A stretch of 64,000 nt of DNA. Source: the human T2T-CHM13v2.0 reference genome, Homo sapiens. A model generated the notes under the pieces. It was not told where the DNA came from. It was given only the letters and a program-made list of their open reading frames with translations, and searched no databases. The stretch is from the NCBI RefSeq assembly GCF_009914755.1, contig NC_060933.1, one strand, 5' to 3'. Below, piece by piece: positions 12,380 to 27,500 of this stretch. A program made the position numbers and the translations under genes. Numbering within the stretch: the first letter of the stretch is position 1; the number at the start of each line of letters is the position of its first letter.

Positions 12380-15300
12380 GAATGGAATGGAATGCAATGG
12401 AATGGATTCAACTTGAATGGAATGGAAAGAATGGAATCAACACGAGTGGAATGGCATGGATTGGAATGGAATGGAATGGAATCAACCCGAGTACAGGGGA
12501 ATGGAATGGAATGGAATGCAATGGAATGGAATCATCCGTAATGGAATGGAAAGGAATGGAATGGAATGGAATGGAATGGAATGGAATGGAATCAACTCGA
12601 TTGCAATCGAATGGAATGGAATGGAATTAACCCGAATAGAATGGAATGGAATGGAATGGAACGGAACGGAATGGAATGGAATGGAATGGAATGGAATGGA
12701 ACGGAACGGAACGGAATGGAATGGAATGGATTGGAATGGAATGGAATCAAAGCGAGTGCAGGGGAATGCAATGGAATGGAATGCAATGGAATGGAATCTT
12801 CCGGAATGGAATGGAATGGAATGGAATGGAATGAAATGCAATGGATTCAACTCGATTGCAATGGAATGGAATAGAATGGAATGGAATGGAATGGAATGGA
12901 ATTAATCCGAATAGAATGGAATGGAATGGAATGGAACGGAATGGAACGGAATGGAATGGAATGGAATGGAAAGGTATGGAATGGAATGGAATGGTACGGA
13001 ATAGAATGGAATGGAACGAATTGTAATGGAATGGAATTGAATGGAATGGAATGGAATGGAATGGAATCAACGCGAGTGCAGGGGAATGTAATGGAACGGA
13101 ATGCAATGGAATGGAATCATCCGGAATGGAATGGAATGGAATGGAATGGAATGGAATGGAATCAACCCGAGTGCAATGGAATGGAGTGGAATGGAATGGA
13201 ATGGAATGGAACAACCCGAATGGAATGGAATGTAATGGAGAGTAAGGGAGTTGAATAGAATCAATCCGAATGTAATAGAATGGAATGCAACGGAATGGAA
13301 TGGAATGGAATTGAATGGAATGCAATGGAATGGAATCAACCCGAGTACAATGGACTGGAATGGAATGGAATGGAATTTAATGGAATGGAATGGAATGGAA
13401 TGGAATGATACGGAATAGAATGGAATGGAACGAAATGGAATGGAATGGAATGGAATGGAATGGAATGGAATGGAATGGAATGGAATTGTTCCGAGTGGAA
13501 TAGGAGGGAATGTTTTCGAGTGGAATGGAAAGGAATGGAATCAACCAGAGTGGAATGGAAGGGAATGGAATGGAATGGAAACTAATAGAATGGAATCAAC
13601 CCGAGTGGAATGGAATGGAAAGGACTGGAATGGAATGGAATGGAATGGAATCAACTCGATGGTAATGGAATGGAATGGAATGGAATGGAATGGAATGGAA
13701 TGGAATGGAATTAACCCGAATAAAATGGAATGGAATGGAATGGAACGGAATGGAGAGGAATGGAATGGAATCAACCCGAGTGCAGGGGAATGGAATGGAA
13801 TGGAATGCAATGGAATGGAATCATCCGGAATGGAATGGAATGGAATGGAATGCAAAGCAATGGAATCAACTCGATTGCAATGGAATGGAATGGAATGGAA
13901 AGGAATACATTGGAATCAACCAGAGTGGAATGGAATGGAAAGGACTGGAATGGAGTGGAATGGAATGGAATGGAATGGAATGGAATCAACTCGATTGGAA
14001 TGGAATGGAGTGGAATGGAATGGAATGGAATTAACCCGAATAGAATGGAATGTAATGGAATGGAACGGAACGGAATGGAATGGAATGGAATGGAATGGAA
14101 TGTAATGGAATCAACCCGACTGCAGGGGAATGGAATGGAATGGAATGCAATGGAATGGATTCAACTTGAATGGAATGGAAAGAATGGAATCAACACGAGT
14201 GGAATGGCATGGATTGGAATGGAATGGAATGGAATCAACCCGAGTACAGGGGAATGGAATGGAATGGAATGCAATGGAATGGAATCATCCATAATGGAAT
14301 GGAAAGGAATGGAATGGAATGGAATGGAATGGAATGGAATGGAATCAACTCGATTGCAATCGAATGGAATGGAATGGAATTAACCCGAATAGAATGGAAT
14401 GGAATGGAATGGAACGGAACGGAATGGAATGGAATGGAATGGAATGGAATGGAACGGAACGGAACGGAATGGAATGGAATGGATTGGAATGGAATGGAAT
14501 CAACGCGAGTGCAGGGGAATGGAATGGAATGGAATGCAATGGAATGGAATCTTCCGGAATGGAATGGAATGGAATGGAATGGAATGAAATGCAATGGATT
14601 CAACTCGATTGCAATGGAATGGAATAGAATGGAATGGAATGGAATGGAATGGAATTAATCCGAATAGAATGGAATGGAATGGAATGGAACGGAATGGAAC
14701 GGAATGGAATGGAATGGAATGGAATGGTATGGAATGGAATGGAATGGTACGGAATAGAATGGAATGGAACGAATTGTAATGGAATGGAATTGAATGGAAT
14801 GGAATGGAATGGAATGGAATCAACGCGAGTGCAGGGGAATGTAATGGAACGGAATGCAATGGAATGGAATCATCCGGAATGGAATGGAATGGAATGGAAT
14901 GGAATGGAATGGAATCAACCCGAGTGCAATGGAATGGAGTGGAATGGAATGGAATGGAATGGAACAACCCGAATGGAATGGAATGTAATGGAGAGTAAGG
15001 GAGTTGAATAGAATCAATCCGAATGTAATAGAATGGAATGCAACGGAATGGAATGGAATGGAATGGAATGGAATGCAATGGAATGGAATCAACCCGAGTA
15101 CAATGGACTGGAATGGAATGGAATGGAATTTAATGGAATGGAATGGAATGGAATGGAATGATACGGAATAGAATGGAATGGAACGAAATGGAATGGAATG
15201 GAATGGAATGGAATGGAATGGAATGGAATGGAATGGAATTGTTCCGAGTGGAATAGGAGGGAATGTTTTCGAGTGGAATGGAAAGGAATGGAATCAACCA

Positions 15301-15875
15301 GAGTGGAATGGAAGGGAATGGAATGGAATGGAAACTAATAGAATGGAATCAACCCGAGTGGAATGGAATGGAAAGGACTGGAATGGAATGGAATGGAATG
15401 GAATCAACTCGATGGTAATGGAATGGAATGGAATGGAATGGAATGGAATGGAATTAACCCGAATAAAATGGAATGGAATGGAATGGAACGGAATGGAGAG
15501 GAATGGAATGGAATCAACCCGAGTGCAGGGGAATGGAATGGAATGGAATGCAATGGAATGGAATCATCCGGAATGGAATGGAATGGAATGGAATGCAAAG
15601 CAATGGAATCAACTCGATTGCAATGGAATGGAATGGAATGGAAAGGAATACATTGGAATCAACCAGAGTGGAATGGAATGGAAAGGACTGGAATGGAGTG
15701 GAATGGAATGGAATGGAATGGAATGGAATCAACTCGATTGGAATGGAATGGAGTGGAATGGAATGGAATGGAATTAACCCGAATAGAATGGAATGTAATG
15801 GAATGGAACGGAACGGAATGGAATGGAATGGAATGGAATGGAATGGAATGGAATCAACCCGACTGCAGGGGAATG
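12380..15875 (+). repeat. Nested tandem 1753-bp duplication (12380-14132, 14133-15875); repeated at about 23561-27055
   Basis: ORF pairs 12417/14170 and 13425/15178 differ by 1753. Shared private variants are GGACTGG..GAATTTAAT, TGTTTTCGAG, CTCGATGGTAAT and CCGAATAAAAT. Confidence 0.92.
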
Positions 15876-17629
15876 GAATGGAATGGAATGCAATGGAATG
15901 GATTCAACTTGAATGGAATGGAAAGAATGGAATCAACACGAGTGGAATGGCATGGATTGGAATGGAATGGAATGGAATCAACCCGAGTACAGGGGAATGG
16001 ATTGGAATGGAATGCAATGGAATGGAATCATCCGTAATGGAATGGAAAGGAATGGAATGGAATGGAATGGAATGGAATGGAATGGAATGGAATCAACTCG
16101 ATTGCAATCGAATGGAATGGAATGGAATTAACCCGAATAGAATGGAATGGAATGGAATGGAATGGAATGGAACGGAACGGAACGGAACGGAACGGAACGG
16201 AACGGAGTGGAATGGAATGGAATGGAATTGTATGGAATGGAATGGCATGGTACGGAATAGAACGGAATGGAAAGAATTGTAATGGAATAGAATGGAATGG
16301 AATGGAATGGAATGGAATGGAATCAACCCGAGTGCAGGGGAATGTAATGGAGCGGAATGCAATGGAATGGAATCATCCGGAATGGAATGGAATGGAATGG
16401 AATGGAATGGAATGGAATGGAATGGAATGGAATGGAATCAACCCGAGTGCAATGGAATGGAGTGGAATGGAATGGAATGGAATGGAACAACCCGAATGGA
16501 ATGGAATGTAATGGAGAGTAAGGGAGTTGAATAGAATCAATCCGAATGTAATGGAATGGAACGGAATGGAATGGAATGGAATGGAATGGAATGGAATGGA
16601 ATGCAATGGAATGGAGTCAACCCGAGTACAATGGAACGGAATGGAATGGAATGTAATGTAATGTAATGGAATGGAATGGAATGGAATGGAATGGAATCAA
16701 CCCGAGTGCAATGGAATAGAGAGGAATGGAATGGAATGGAATGGAAACTACCCGAATGGAATGGAATGTAATGGAGTGTAAGGGAATTGAATAGAATCAA
16801 TCCGAATGGAATGGAATGGAATGGAACGGAATGTAATGGAATGGAATGGAATGGAATCAACCCGAGTGCAGGGGAATGGAATGGAATGGAATGCAATGGA
16901 ATGGAATCATCCGAATGGAATCGAATGGAATGCAATGGAATGGAATGGAATGGAATCAACCCGAGTGTAATGGAATGGAGTGAAATGGAATGGAATGGAA
17001 TGGAAACAACCAGAATGGATTGGAATATAATGGAGTGTAAGGGAATTGAATAGAATCAATCTGAATGTAATGAAATGGAATGGAACGGAATGGAATGGAA
17101 TGGAATGGAATGGAATGCAATGGAATGGAATCAACCCGAGTGCAATCGAATGGAATCGAATGCCATGGAATGCAATGGAATGGATTCAACTTGAATGGAA
17201 TGGAAAGAATGGAATCAACACGAGTGGAATGGCATGGATTGGAATGGAATGGAATGGAATCAACCCGAGTACAGGGGAATGGAATGGAATGGAATGCAAT
17301 GGAATGGAATCATCCGTATTGGAATGGAAAGGAATGGAATGGAATGGAATGGAATGGAATGGAATGGAATCAACTCGATTGCAATCGAATGGAATGGAAT
17401 GGAATTAACCGAATAGAATGTAATGGAATGGAATGGAACGGAACGGAATGGAATGGAATGGAATGGAATGGAATGGAATGGAACGGAAAGGAAGGGAATG
17501 GAATGGAATAGAATGGAATGGAATGGAATCAACGCGAGTGCAGGGGAATGGAATGGAATGGAATGCAATGGAATGGAATCTTCCGGAATGGAATGGAATG
17601 GAATGGAATGGAATGGAATGGAATGGAAT

Positions 17630-18100
17630 CAACCCGAGTGAAATGGAATGGAGTGGAATGGAATGGAATGGAATGGAACAACCCGAATGGAATGGAATGT
17701 AATGGAGAGTAAGGGAGTTGAATAGAATCAATCCGAATGTAATGGAATTGAATGGAACGGAATGGCATTGAATGGAATGGAATGGAATGCAACGGAATGG
17801 AATCAACCCGAGTGCAATGGAAAGGAGAGGAATGGAATGGAATGGAATGGAACAACCCGAATGGAATGGAATGTAATGGAGAGTAAGGGAGTTGAATAGA
17901 ATCAATCCGAATGTAATGGAATGGAATGGAACGGAATGGAATTGAATGGAATGGAATGGAATGCAATGGAATGGAATCAACCCGAGTGCAATGGAAAGGA
18001 GAGGAATGGAATGGAATGGAATGGAAACTACCCGAATGGAATGGAATGTAATGGAGTGTAAGGGAATTGAAAAGATTCAATCCGAATGTAATGGAATGGA
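17630..18100 (+). repeat. Triplet of ~174-bp TAAGGG modules; copy at about 28805-29275
   Basis: TAAGGG occurs at 17710, 17884 and 18059 (spacings 174 and 175), each followed by TTGAA..CAATCCGAATGTAAT. Confidence 0.8.
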
Positions 18101-18555
18101 ATGGAACGGAATGGAATGGAATGGAATGGAATGGAATCAACCCGAGTGCAATCGAATGAAATCGAATGGAATGGAATGCAATGGAATGGATTCAACTTGA
18201 ATGGAATGGAAAGAATGGAATCAACACGAGTGGAATGGCATGGATTGGAATGGAATGGAATGGAATCAACCCGAGTACAGGGGAATGGAATGGAATGGAA
18301 TGCAATGGAATGGAATCATCCGTAATGGAATGGAAAGGAATGGAATGGAATGGAATGGAATGGAATGGAATGGAATGGAATGGAATGGAATGGAATCAAC
18401 TCGATTGCAATCGAATGGAATGGAATGGAATTAACCCGAATAGAATGGAATGGAATGGAATGGAACGGAACGGAATGGAATGGAATGGAATGGAATGGAA
18501 TGGAACGGAACGGAACGGAATGGAATGGAATGGATTGGAATGGAATGGAATCAAC

Positions 18556-21500
18556 GCGAGTGCAGGGGAATGGAATGGAATGGAATGCAATGGAATGGAA
18601 TCTTCCGGAATGGAATGGAATGGAATGGAATGGAATGAAATGCAATGGATTCAACTAGATTGCAATGGAATGGAATAGAATGGAATGGAATGGAATGGAA
18701 TGGAATTAATCCGAATAGAATGGAATGGAATGGAATGGAACGGAATGGAACGGAATGGAATGGAATGGAATGGAATGGAACGGTATGGAATGGAATGGAA
18801 TGGTACGGAATACAATGGAATGGAACGAATTGTAATGGAATGGAATTGAATGGAATGGAATGGAATGGAATGGAATCAACGCGAGTGCAGGGGAATGTAA
18901 TGGAACGGAATGCAATGGAATGGAATCATCCGGAATGGAATGGAATGGAATGGAATGGAATGGAAAGGAATCAACCCGAGTGCAATGGAATGGAGTGGGA
19001 TGGAATGGAATGGAATGGAACAACCCGAATGGAATGGAATGTAATGGAGAGTAAGGGAGTTGAATAGAATCAATCCGAATGTAATGGAATGGAATGCAAC
19101 GGAATGGAATGGAATGGAATGCAATGGAATTGAATCAACCCGAGTACAATGGAATGGAATGGAATGGAATGGAATGGAATGGAATGGAATGGAATGGAAT
19201 GATACGGAATAGAATGGAATGGAACGAAATGCAATGGAATGGAATGGAATGGAATGGAATGGAATTAACCCGAATACAATGGAATGGAATGGAATGGAAC
19301 GGAATGGAGTGGAATGGAATGGAATCAACCCGAGTGCAGGGGAATGGAATGGTATGCAATGGAATGGAATCATCCGGAATGGAATGGAATGGAATGGAAT
19401 GCAAAGCAATGGAATCAACTCGATTGCAATGGAATGGAATGGAATGGATAGGAATACATTGGAAACAACCCGAGTGGAATGGAATGGAAAGGACTGGAAT
19501 GGAGTGGAATGGAATGGAATGGAATGGAATGGAATGGAATCAACTCGATTGGAATGGAATGGAATTGAATGGAATGGAATTAACCTGAATAGAATGGAAT
19601 GGAATGGAACGGAACGGAATGGAATTGAATGGAATGGAATTAACCCGAATAGAATGGAATGGAATGGAACGGAACGGAATGGAATGGAATGGAATGGAAT
19701 GGAATGGAATGGAATGGAATCAACCCGACTGCAGGGGAATGGAATGGAATGGAATGCAATGGAATGGATTCAACTTGAATGGAATGGAAAGAATGGAATC
19801 AACACGAGGGGAATGGCATGGATTCGAATGGAATGGAATGGAATCAACCCGAGTACAGGGGAATGGAATGGAATGGAATGCAATGGAATGGAATCATCCG
19901 TAATGGAATGGAAAGGAATGGAATGGAATGGAATGGAATGGAATAGAATGGAATGGAATCAACTCGATTGCAATCGAATGGAATGGAATGGAATTAACCC
20001 GAATAGAATGGAATGGAATGGAATGGAACGGAACGGAACGGAATGGAATGGATTGGAATGGAATGGAATGGAATGGAATGGAACGGAAAGGAATGGAATG
20101 GAATGGAATGGAATGGAATGGAATGGAATCAACGCGAGTGCAGGGGAATGGAATTGAATGGAATGGAATGGAATGGAATGGAATAAACCCGAGTGCAATG
20201 GAATGGAGTGGAAAGGAATGGAATGGAATTCAACAACCCGAATGGAATGGAATGTAATGGAGAGTAAGGGAGTTGAATAGAATCAATCCGAATGTAATGG
20301 AATGGAATGCAACGGAATGGAATGGAATGGAATGCAATGGAATTGAATCAACCCGAGTACAATGGAATGGAATGGAATGGAATGGAATGGAATGGAATGG
20401 AATGGAATGATACGGAATAGAATGGAATGGAACGAAATGCAATGGAATGGAATGGAATGGAATGGAATGGAATTAACCCGAATACAATGGAATGGAATGG
20501 AATGGAACGGAATGGAGTGGAATGGAATGGAATCAACCCGAGTGCAGGGGAATGGAATGGTATGCAATGGAATGGAATCATCCGGAATGGAATGGAATGG
20601 AATGGAATGCAAAGCAATGGAATCAACTCGATTGCAATGGAATGGAATGGAATGGATAGGAATACATTGGAAACAACCCGAGTGGAATGGAATGGAAAGG
20701 ACTGGAATGGAGTGGAATGGAATGGAATGGAATGGAATGGAATGGAATCAACTCGATTGGAATGGAATGGAATTGAATGGAATGGAATTAACCTGAATAG
20801 AATGGAATGGAATGGAACGGAACGGAATGGAATTGAATGGAATGGAATTAACCCGAATAGAATGGAATGGAATGGAACGGAACGGAATGGAATGGAATGG
20901 AATGGAATGGAATGGAATGGAATGGAATCAACCCGACTGCAGGGGAATGGAATGGAATGGAATGCAATGGAATGGATTCAACTTGAATGGAATGGAAAGA
21001 ATGGAATCAACACGAGTGGAATGGCATGGATTCGAATGGAATGGAATGGAATCAACCCGAGTACAGGGGAATGGAATGGAATGGAATGCAATGGAATGGA
21101 ATCATCCGTAATGGAATGGAAAGGAATGGAATGGAATGGAATGGAATGGAATAGAATGGAATGGAATCAACTCGATTGCAATCGAATGGAATGGAATGGA
21201 ATTAACCCGAATAGAATGGAATGGAATGGAATGGAACGGAACGGAACGGAATGGAATGGATTGGAATGGAATGGAATGGAATGGAACGGAAAGGAATGGA
21301 ATGGAATGGAATGGAATGGAATGGAATGGAATCAACGCGAGTGCAGGGGAATGGAATTGAATGGAATGCAATTGAATGGAATCTTCCGGAATTGAATGGA
21401 ATGGAATGGAATGGAATGGAATGGAATAAACCCGAGTGCAATGGAATGGAGTGGAAAGGAATGGAATGGAATTCAACAACCCGAATGGAATGGAATGTAA

Positions 21501-24500
21501 TGGAGAGTAAGGGAGTTGAATAGAATCAATCCGAATGTAATGGAATGGAATGGAACGGAATGGAATTGAATGGAATGGAATGGAATGCAATGGAATGGAA
21601 TCAACCCGAGAGCAATGGAATGGAGAGGAATGGAATGGAATGGAATGGAAGCTACCCGAATTAAATGGAATGTAATGGAGTGTAAGGGAATTGAATAGAA
21701 TCAATCCGAATGTAATGGAATGGAATGGAACGGAATGGAATGGAATGGAATGGAATGCAATGGAATGGAATCAACCCGAGTGCAATCGAATGGATTCCAA
21801 TGGAATGGAATGCAATGGAATGGATTCAACTTGACTGGAATGGAAAGAATGGAATCAACACGAGTGGAATGGCATGGATTGGAATGGAATGGAATGGAAG
21901 AAACCCGAGTACAGGGGAATGGAATGGAATGGAATGCAATGGAATGGAATCATCCGTAATGGAATGGAAAGGAATGGAATGGAATGGAATGGAATGGAAT
22001 GGAATGGAATGGAATGGAATCAACTCGATTGCAATCGAATGGAATGGAATGGAATTAACCCGAATAGAATGGAATGGAATGGAATGGAACGGAACGAAAT
22101 GGAATGGAATGGAATGGAATGGAATGGAATCAACGCGAGTGCAGGGGAATGGAAAGGAATGGAATGCAATGGAATGGAATCTTCCGGAATGGAATGGAAT
22201 GGAATGGAATGGAATGGAATGGAATGGAATGAAATGCAATGGATTGAACTCGATTGCAATGGAATGGAATAGAATGGAATGGAATTGAATGGAATGGAAT
22301 GGAATTAACCCGAATAGAATGGTATGGAATGGAATGGAACGGAATGGAACGGAATGGAATGGAATGGAATGGAATGGAATGGTATGGAATGGAATGGAAT
22401 GGTACGGAATAGAATGGAATGGAAAGAATTGTAATGGAATGGAATTGAATGGAATGGAATGGAATGGAATGGAATCCACGCGAGTGGAGGGGAATGTAAT
22501 GGAACGGAATGCAATGGAATGGAATCATCCGGAATGGAATGGAATGGAATGGAATGGAATGGAATCAACCCGAGTGCAATGGAATGGAGTGGAATGGAAT
22601 GGAATGGAATGGAACAACCCGAATGGAATGGAATATAATGGAGAGTAAGGGAGTTGAATATAATCAATCCGAATGTAATGGAATGGAATGCAACGGAATG
22701 GAAAGGAATGGAATGGAATGGAATGGAATGCAATGGAATGGAATCAACCCGAGTACAATGGAATGGAATGGAATGGAATGGAATGGAATGGAATGGAATG
22801 GAATGCCTTCAAACCGAATGGAATGGAAAGGAATGGAATCAACACGAGTGGAATGGAATGGAATGGAATGGAATGGAATGGAATGGAATCGTTCCGAGTC
22901 GAATAGGAGGTAATGTATTCGAGTGGAATGGAAAGGAATGGAATCAACCAGAGTGGAATGGAAGGGAACGGAATGGAAGGGAAACTAATAGAATGGAATC
23001 AACCCGAGTGGAATGGAATGGAAAGGACTGGAATGGAAAGGAATGGAATGGAATGGAATGGAATCAACGCGAGTGCAGGGGAATGGAATGGAATCGAATG
23101 GAATGGAATGGAATGGAATGGAATCAACCCGAGTGCAGGGGAATGTAATGGAACGGAATGCAATGGAATGGAATCATCCGGAATGGAATGGAATGGAATG
23201 GAATGGAATCAACCCGAGTGCAATGGAATGGAGTTGAATGGAATGGAATGGAATGGAATGGATTTAATCCGAATAGAATGGAATGGAATGGAATGGAACG
23301 GAATGGAACGGAATGGAATGGAATGGAATGGAATGGAATGGTATGGAATGGAATGGAATTCAATGGAATGGAATCAACCCGAGTGCAATGGAAAGGAGAG
23401 GAATGGAATGGAATGGAATGGAAACTACCCGAATGGAATGGAATGTAATGGAGTGTAAGGGAATTGAAAAGAATCAATCCGAATGTAATGGAATGGAATG
23501 GAACGGAATGGAATAGAATGGAATGGAATGGAATCAACCCGAGTGCAATCGAATGAAATCGAATGGAATGGAATGCAATGGAATGGATTCAACTTGAATG
23601 GAATGGAAAGAATGGAATCAACACGAGTGGAATGGCATGGATTGGAATGGAATGGAATGGAATCAACCCGAGTACAGGGGAATGGAATGGAATGGAATGC
23701 AATGGAATGGAATCATCCGTAATGGAATGGAAAGGAATGGAATGGAATGGAATGGAATGGAATGGAATGGAATCAACTCGATTGCAATCGAATGGAATGG
23801 AATGGAATTAACCCGAATAGAATGGAATGGAATGGAATGGAACGGAACGGAATGGAATGGAATGGAATGGAATGGAATGGAACGGAACGGAACGGAATGG
23901 AATGGAATGGATTGGAATGGAATGGAATCAACGCGAGTGCAGGGGAATGCAATGGAATGGAATGCAATGGAATGGAATCTTCCGGAATGGAATGGAATGG
24001 AATGGAATGGAATGAAATGCAATGGATTCAACTCGATTGCAATGGAATGGAATAGAATGGAATGGAATGGAATGGAATGGAATTAATCCGAATAGAATGG
24101 AATGGAATGGAATGGAACGGAATGGAACGGAATGGAATGGAATGGAATGGAAAGGTATGGAATGGAATGGAATGGTACGGAATAGAATGGAATGGAACGA
24201 ATTGTAATGGAATGGAATTGAATGGAATGGAATGGAATGGAATGGAATCAACGCGAGTGCAGGGGAATGTAATGGAACGGAATGCAATGGAATGGAATCA
24301 TCCGGAATGGAATGGAATGGAATGGAATGGAATGGAATGGAATCAACCCGAGTGCAATGGAATGGAGTGGAATGGAATGGAATGGAATGGAACAACCCGA
24401 ATGGAATGGAATGTAATGGAGAGTAAGGGAGTTGAATAGAATCAATCCGAATGTAATAGAATGGAATGCAACGGAATGGAATGGAATGGAATTGAATGGA

Positions 24501-27500
24501 ATGCAATGGAATGGAATCAACCCGAGTACAATGGACTGGAATGGAATGGAATGGAATTTAATGGAATGGAATGGAATGGAATGGAATGATACGGAATAGA
24601 ATGGAATGGAACGAAATGGAATGGAATGGAATGGAATGGAATGGAATGGAATGGAATGGAATGGAATTGTTCCGAGTGGAATAGGAGGGAATGTTTTCGA
24701 GTGGAATGGAAAGGAATGGAATCAACCAGAGTGGAATGGAAGGGAATGGAATGGAATGGAAACTAATAGAATGGAATCAACCCGAGTGGAATGGAATGGA
24801 AAGACTGGAATGGAATGGAATGGAATGGAATCAACTCGATGGTAATGGAATGGAATGGAATGGAATGGAATGGAATGGAATGGAATGGAATTAACCCGAA
24901 TAAAATGGAATGGAATGGAATGGAACGGAATGGAGAGGAATGGAATGGAATCAACCCGAGTGCAGGGGAATGGAATGGAATGGAATGCAATGGAATGGAA
25001 TCATCCGGAATGGAATGGAATGGAATGGAATGCAAAGCAATGGAATCAACTCGATTGCAATGGAATGGAATGGAATGGAAAGGAATACATTGGAATCAAC
25101 CAGAGTGGAATGGAATGGAAAGGACTGGAATGGAGTGGAATGGAATGGAATGGAATGGAATGGAATCAACTCGATTGGAATGGAATGGAGTGGAATGGAA
25201 TGGAATGGAATTAACCCGAATAGAATGGAATGTAATGGAATGGAACGGAACGGAATGGAATGGAATGGAATGGAATGGAATGTAATGGAATCAACCCGAC
25301 TGCAGGGGAATGGAATGGAATGGAATGCAATGGAATGGATTCAACTTGAATGGAATGGAAAGAATGGAATCAACACGAGTGGAATGGCATGGATTGGAAT
25401 GGAATGGAATGGAATCAACCCGAGTACAGGGGAATGGAATGGAATGGAATGCAATGGAATGGAATCATCCATAATGGAATGGAAAGGAATGGAATGGAAT
25501 GGAATGGAATGGAATGGAATGGAATCAACTCGATTGCAATCGAATGGAATGGAATGGAATTAACCCGAATAGAATGGAATGGAATGGAATGGAACGGAAC
25601 GGAATGGAATGGAATGGAATGGAATGGAATGGAACGGAACGGAACGGAATGGAATGGAATGGATTGGAATGGAATGGAATCAACGCGAGTGCAGGGGAAT
25701 GGAATGGAATGGAATGCAATGGAATGGAATCTTCCGGAATGGAATGGAATGGAATGGAATGGAATGAAATGCAATGGATTCAACTCGATTGCAATGGAAT
25801 GGAATAGAATGGAATGGAATGGAATGGAATGGAATTAATCCGAATAGAATGGAATGGAATGGAATGGAACGGAATGGAACGGAATGGAATGGAATGGAAT
25901 GGAATGGTATGGAATGGAATGGAATGGTACGGAATAGAATGGAATGGAACGAATTGTAATGGAATGGAATTGAATGGAATGGAATGGAATGGAATGGAAT
26001 CAACGCGAGTGCAGGGGAATGTAATGGAACGGAATGCAATGGAATGGAATCATCCGGAATGGAATGGAATGGAATGGAATGGAATGGAATGGAATCAACC
26101 CGAGTGCAATGGAATGGAGTGGAATGGAATGGAATGGAATGGAACAACCCGAATGGAATGGAATGTAATGGAGAGTAAGGGAGTTGAATAGAATCAATCC
26201 GAATGTAATAGAATGGAATGCAACGGAATGGAATGGAATGGAATGGAATGGAATGCAATGGAATGGAATCAACCCGAGTACAATGGACTGGAATGGAATG
26301 GAATGGAATTTAATGGAATGGAATGGAATGGAATGGAATGATACGGAATAGAATGGAATGGAACGAAATGGAATGGAATGGAATGGAATGGAATGGAATG
26401 GAATGGAATGGAATGGAATTGTTCCGAGTGGAATAGGAGGGAATGTTTTCGAGTGGAATGGAAAGGAATGGAATCAACCAGAGTGGAATGGAAGGGAATG
26501 GAATGGAATGGAAACTAATAGAATGGAATCAACCCGAGTGGAATGGAATGGAAAGGACTGGAATGGAATGGAATGGAATGGAATCAACTCGATGGTAATG
26601 GAATGGAATGGAATGGAATGGAATGGAATGGAATTAACCCGAATAAAATGGAATGGAATGGAATGGAACGGAATGGAGAGGAATGGAATGGAATCAACCC
26701 GAGTGCAGGGGAATGGAATGGAATGGAATGCAATGGAATGGAATCATCCGGAATGGAATGGAATGGAATGGAATGCAAAGCAATGGAATCAACTCGATTG
26801 CAATGGAATGGAATGGAATGGAAAGGAATACATTGGAATCAACCAGAGTGGAATGGAATGGAAAGGACTGGAATGGAGTGGAATGGAATGGAATGGAATG
26901 GAATGGAATCAACTCGATTGGAATGGAATGGAGTGGAATGGAATGGAATGGAATTAACCCGAATAGAATGGAATGTAATGGAATGGAACGGAACGGAATG
27001 GAATGGAATGGAATGGAATGGAATGGAATGGAATCAACCCGACTGCAGGGGAATGGAATGGAATGGAATGCAATGGAATGGATTCAACTTGAATGGAATG
27101 GAAAGAATGGAATCAACACGAGTGGAATGGCATGGATTGGAATGGAATGGAATGGAATCAACCCGAGTACAGGGGAATGGATTGGAATGGAATGCAATGG
27201 AATGGAATCATCCGTAATGGAATGGAAAGGAATGGAATGGAATGGAATGGAATGGAATGGAATGGAATGGAATCAACTCGATTGCAATCGAATGGAATGG
27301 AATGGAATTAACCCGAATAGAATGGAATGGAATGGAATGGAATGGAATGGAACGGAACGGAACGGAACGGAACGGAACGGAACGGAGTGGAATGGAATGG
27401 AATGGAATTGTATGGAATGGAATGGCATGGTACGGAATAGAACGGAATGGAAAGAATTGTAATGGAATAGAATGGAATGGAATGGAATGGAATGGAATGG

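Larger units (their letters stand above)
7365..18555 (+). repeat. 11.2-kb tandem duplication, copy 1
   Basis: Identical ORF translations recur at offsets 11191 (7454/18645), 11186 (9241/20427), 11181 (11108/22289), 11180 (15178/26358) and 11175 (18101/29276). The private variants I checked are shared. Confidence 0.93.
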
